Shown here one piece after another: positions 56,991-58,530 of a DNA stretch of 58,530 bases. The DNA is from Paraspadella gotoi (lineage: Eukaryota; Animalia; Chaetognatha). The DNA lies in assembly GCA_051294375.1 (NCBI GenBank), contig CM119263.1, forward strand, positions 28,257,634-28,316,163, given 5' to 3'. Under the pieces are notes generated by a model. The model worked only from the letters and a program-made list of their open reading frames with translations, was not told the origin of the DNA and made no database searches. The stretch's first letter is position 1, and every line of letters starts with the position of its first letter. Both the position numbers and the translations under genes were made by a program.

Positions 56991-58530
56991 TCGCCCGCGT
57001 CGCCGGCCAAACAGACAGCAACCTTTTTTACCTACGCGACAATGACGCCGGCATCGAGTGGCTCATTGATGGCGGCTCTGAGGCGACACTACTTCCTGCC
57101 ACCGACAATGATCGTGCAGCCGCAAAGGCAGACCCTGCTGCTGTCAAGTCAGCCCTCGCTGCTGCCAACCTACCGCCACTCCGTGCCGCCAATGACTCTC
57201 CAATAGAAGTTTATGGCATCAAGGAAATGAATGTCCGCCTTGGAACTCACTCTTTCCCCTACCTAGTGGCTATTGCTGATGTAGCTACACCCACCCTAGG
57301 TGCCGATTTCTTAATGCAACACCACCTTGGAGTTGATCACCTGCACCGCCTCCTCTTAAACCTTGATGATTTTTCCATCATTGCCGGCCACGCCCATGAT
57401 CCTGACTCTACTCCACCACCTCCTCGTGTCTTTCACGTTCGTGATGCATATTCTGCCCTACTAGACGAACAACCAGAATTAACCAAGCTGGTCTTTAGCT
57501 CCAAACCACCTAAGCATGGAGTCCAACACCACATCCCTACAAGAGGCCCACCTGTCTATGCCCGTGCCCGTCGCCTTGCACCCGACCAGCTTGCAGCTGC
57601 AAAAGCAGAATTCAAAAAGATGGAGGAGCTGGGTATAATCCGGTGCTCCACATCCGCCTGGGCATCAACTCTACACGTTGTCCGGAAGCCAGATGGTTCC
57701 CTACGTCCATGTGGGGACTACCGGCGACTTAACGGCGTCACCACTGATGACCGTTATCCTATCCGCCATCTAATGGACTTTAATGCCGATGTTGCAGGAA
57801 AGACCATTTTTTCCAAAATCGATTTATGTAAGGGTTACCACCAGATCCCTGTTGCCCTGGAAGATCGCTACAAAACGGCGATAATCACCCCATTTGGTCT
57901 GTGGGAATTCAACTTCATGCCATTTGGATTGAAAAACGCTGGGCAGGATTTTCAGCGGATAATGGATCAGGTTCTTAGCGGGATCCCTCACGTTTTCGTA
58001 TACCTAGATGACCTACTTGTTGCCTCCAGTTCCCACGAGGAACATCTCACCGACCTCAGACAAGTCTTCAAAGCCCTTGCAGATAATGGACTGGTTGTCA
58101 ATCGCTCCAAATGCGTATTTGGTGCCTCCAGTCTTGAATTCTTGGGATACCACGTAGACAAAGATGGCGTCAAACCATTGCCATCAAAAGTCGAGGCCAT
58201 CTCTAATATGGCCAAGCCCACCTCAGTCAAAGAACTCCAGCGTTTCATGGGGATGCTTAACTACTACCGCCGTTTTGTCCCCAATGCAGCACACCATCTT
58301 GATCCTCTACTTGAGGTTCTCCGCGGCAAGCCACGTCTCTTGAAATGGGCAGCTCCTCAAGATGCAGCATTCCAGGCAATAAAAGATGCCCTCTCTGACG
58401 CTACAATGCTCGTCCATCCCATCGATGGAGCCCCACTTGCCCTCACAGTCGACGCTTCTGATGTTGCAGTTGGTGCAGTGCTGGAACAACTGGTCGATTC
58501 AACCTGGCAACCTCTTGGCTTTTTCTCTAA
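56966..58530 (+). CDS. pol: Retrotransposon pol (aspartic protease, reverse transcriptase, start of RNase H), -1 frame to gag, partial
   Basis: WLIDGGSEATLLP; RPCGDYRRLN; FSKIDLCKGYHQIPV; MPFGLKNAGQDFQR; YLDD at 58001-58012; LTVDASDVAVGAVL. The frame is open to the window end. Confidence 0.93.

Larger units (their letters stand above)
55353..58530 (+). mobile_element. Ty3/Gypsy LTR retrotransposon (Mag-like), truncated by the window end
   Basis: 5' LTR, PBS, gag with CHCC knuckle, and pol in protease-RT-RNase H order. Confidence 0.95.

Overview
AT-rich invertebrate animal genomic DNA from a gapped draft assembly (many N runs, AG/CT/GAC microsatellites, GT-AG introns). The first ~25 kb is mostly low-complexity and repeat sequence. 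It includes a ~2.2 kb tandem duplication across a 25-N gap (probably an artefact), a ~2.4 kb inverted duplication, HINE/DINE-like elements, a family of TIR elements carrying telomere-like repeats, an LTR-like block and a few orphan exons. From 25 to 55 kb there are six genes: (1) an intronless jitterbug-type filamin (3 CH domains + 18 Ig repeats); (2) a 2-exon LHFPL/TMHS tetraspan gene; (3) an intronless ~1,820-aa membrane protein read here as signal peptide + BPI/LBP (TULIP) lipid-binding module + Cys-rich repeats + 1 TM + two duplicated ~8-TM halves; (4) the 3' exons of a neuropeptide-like precursor (KKR-GRYQTMCFNARTRKPFVCWKSY); (5) a convergent 4-exon gene for a secreted 1,309-aa protein built of nine ~140-aa amphipathic helical units; (6) a 7-exon secreted thyroglobulin-type-1 protein with many dibasic sites. 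The window ends in a Ty3/Gypsy LTR retrotransposon (5' LTR, tRNA-Trp-like PBS, gag with a premature stop, pol truncated by the window edge). The best candidate for an undescribed system is the BPI-fused polytopic membrane protein and the neighbouring apolipoprotein-like polyprotein. All domain assignments were made by eye; no searches were run.
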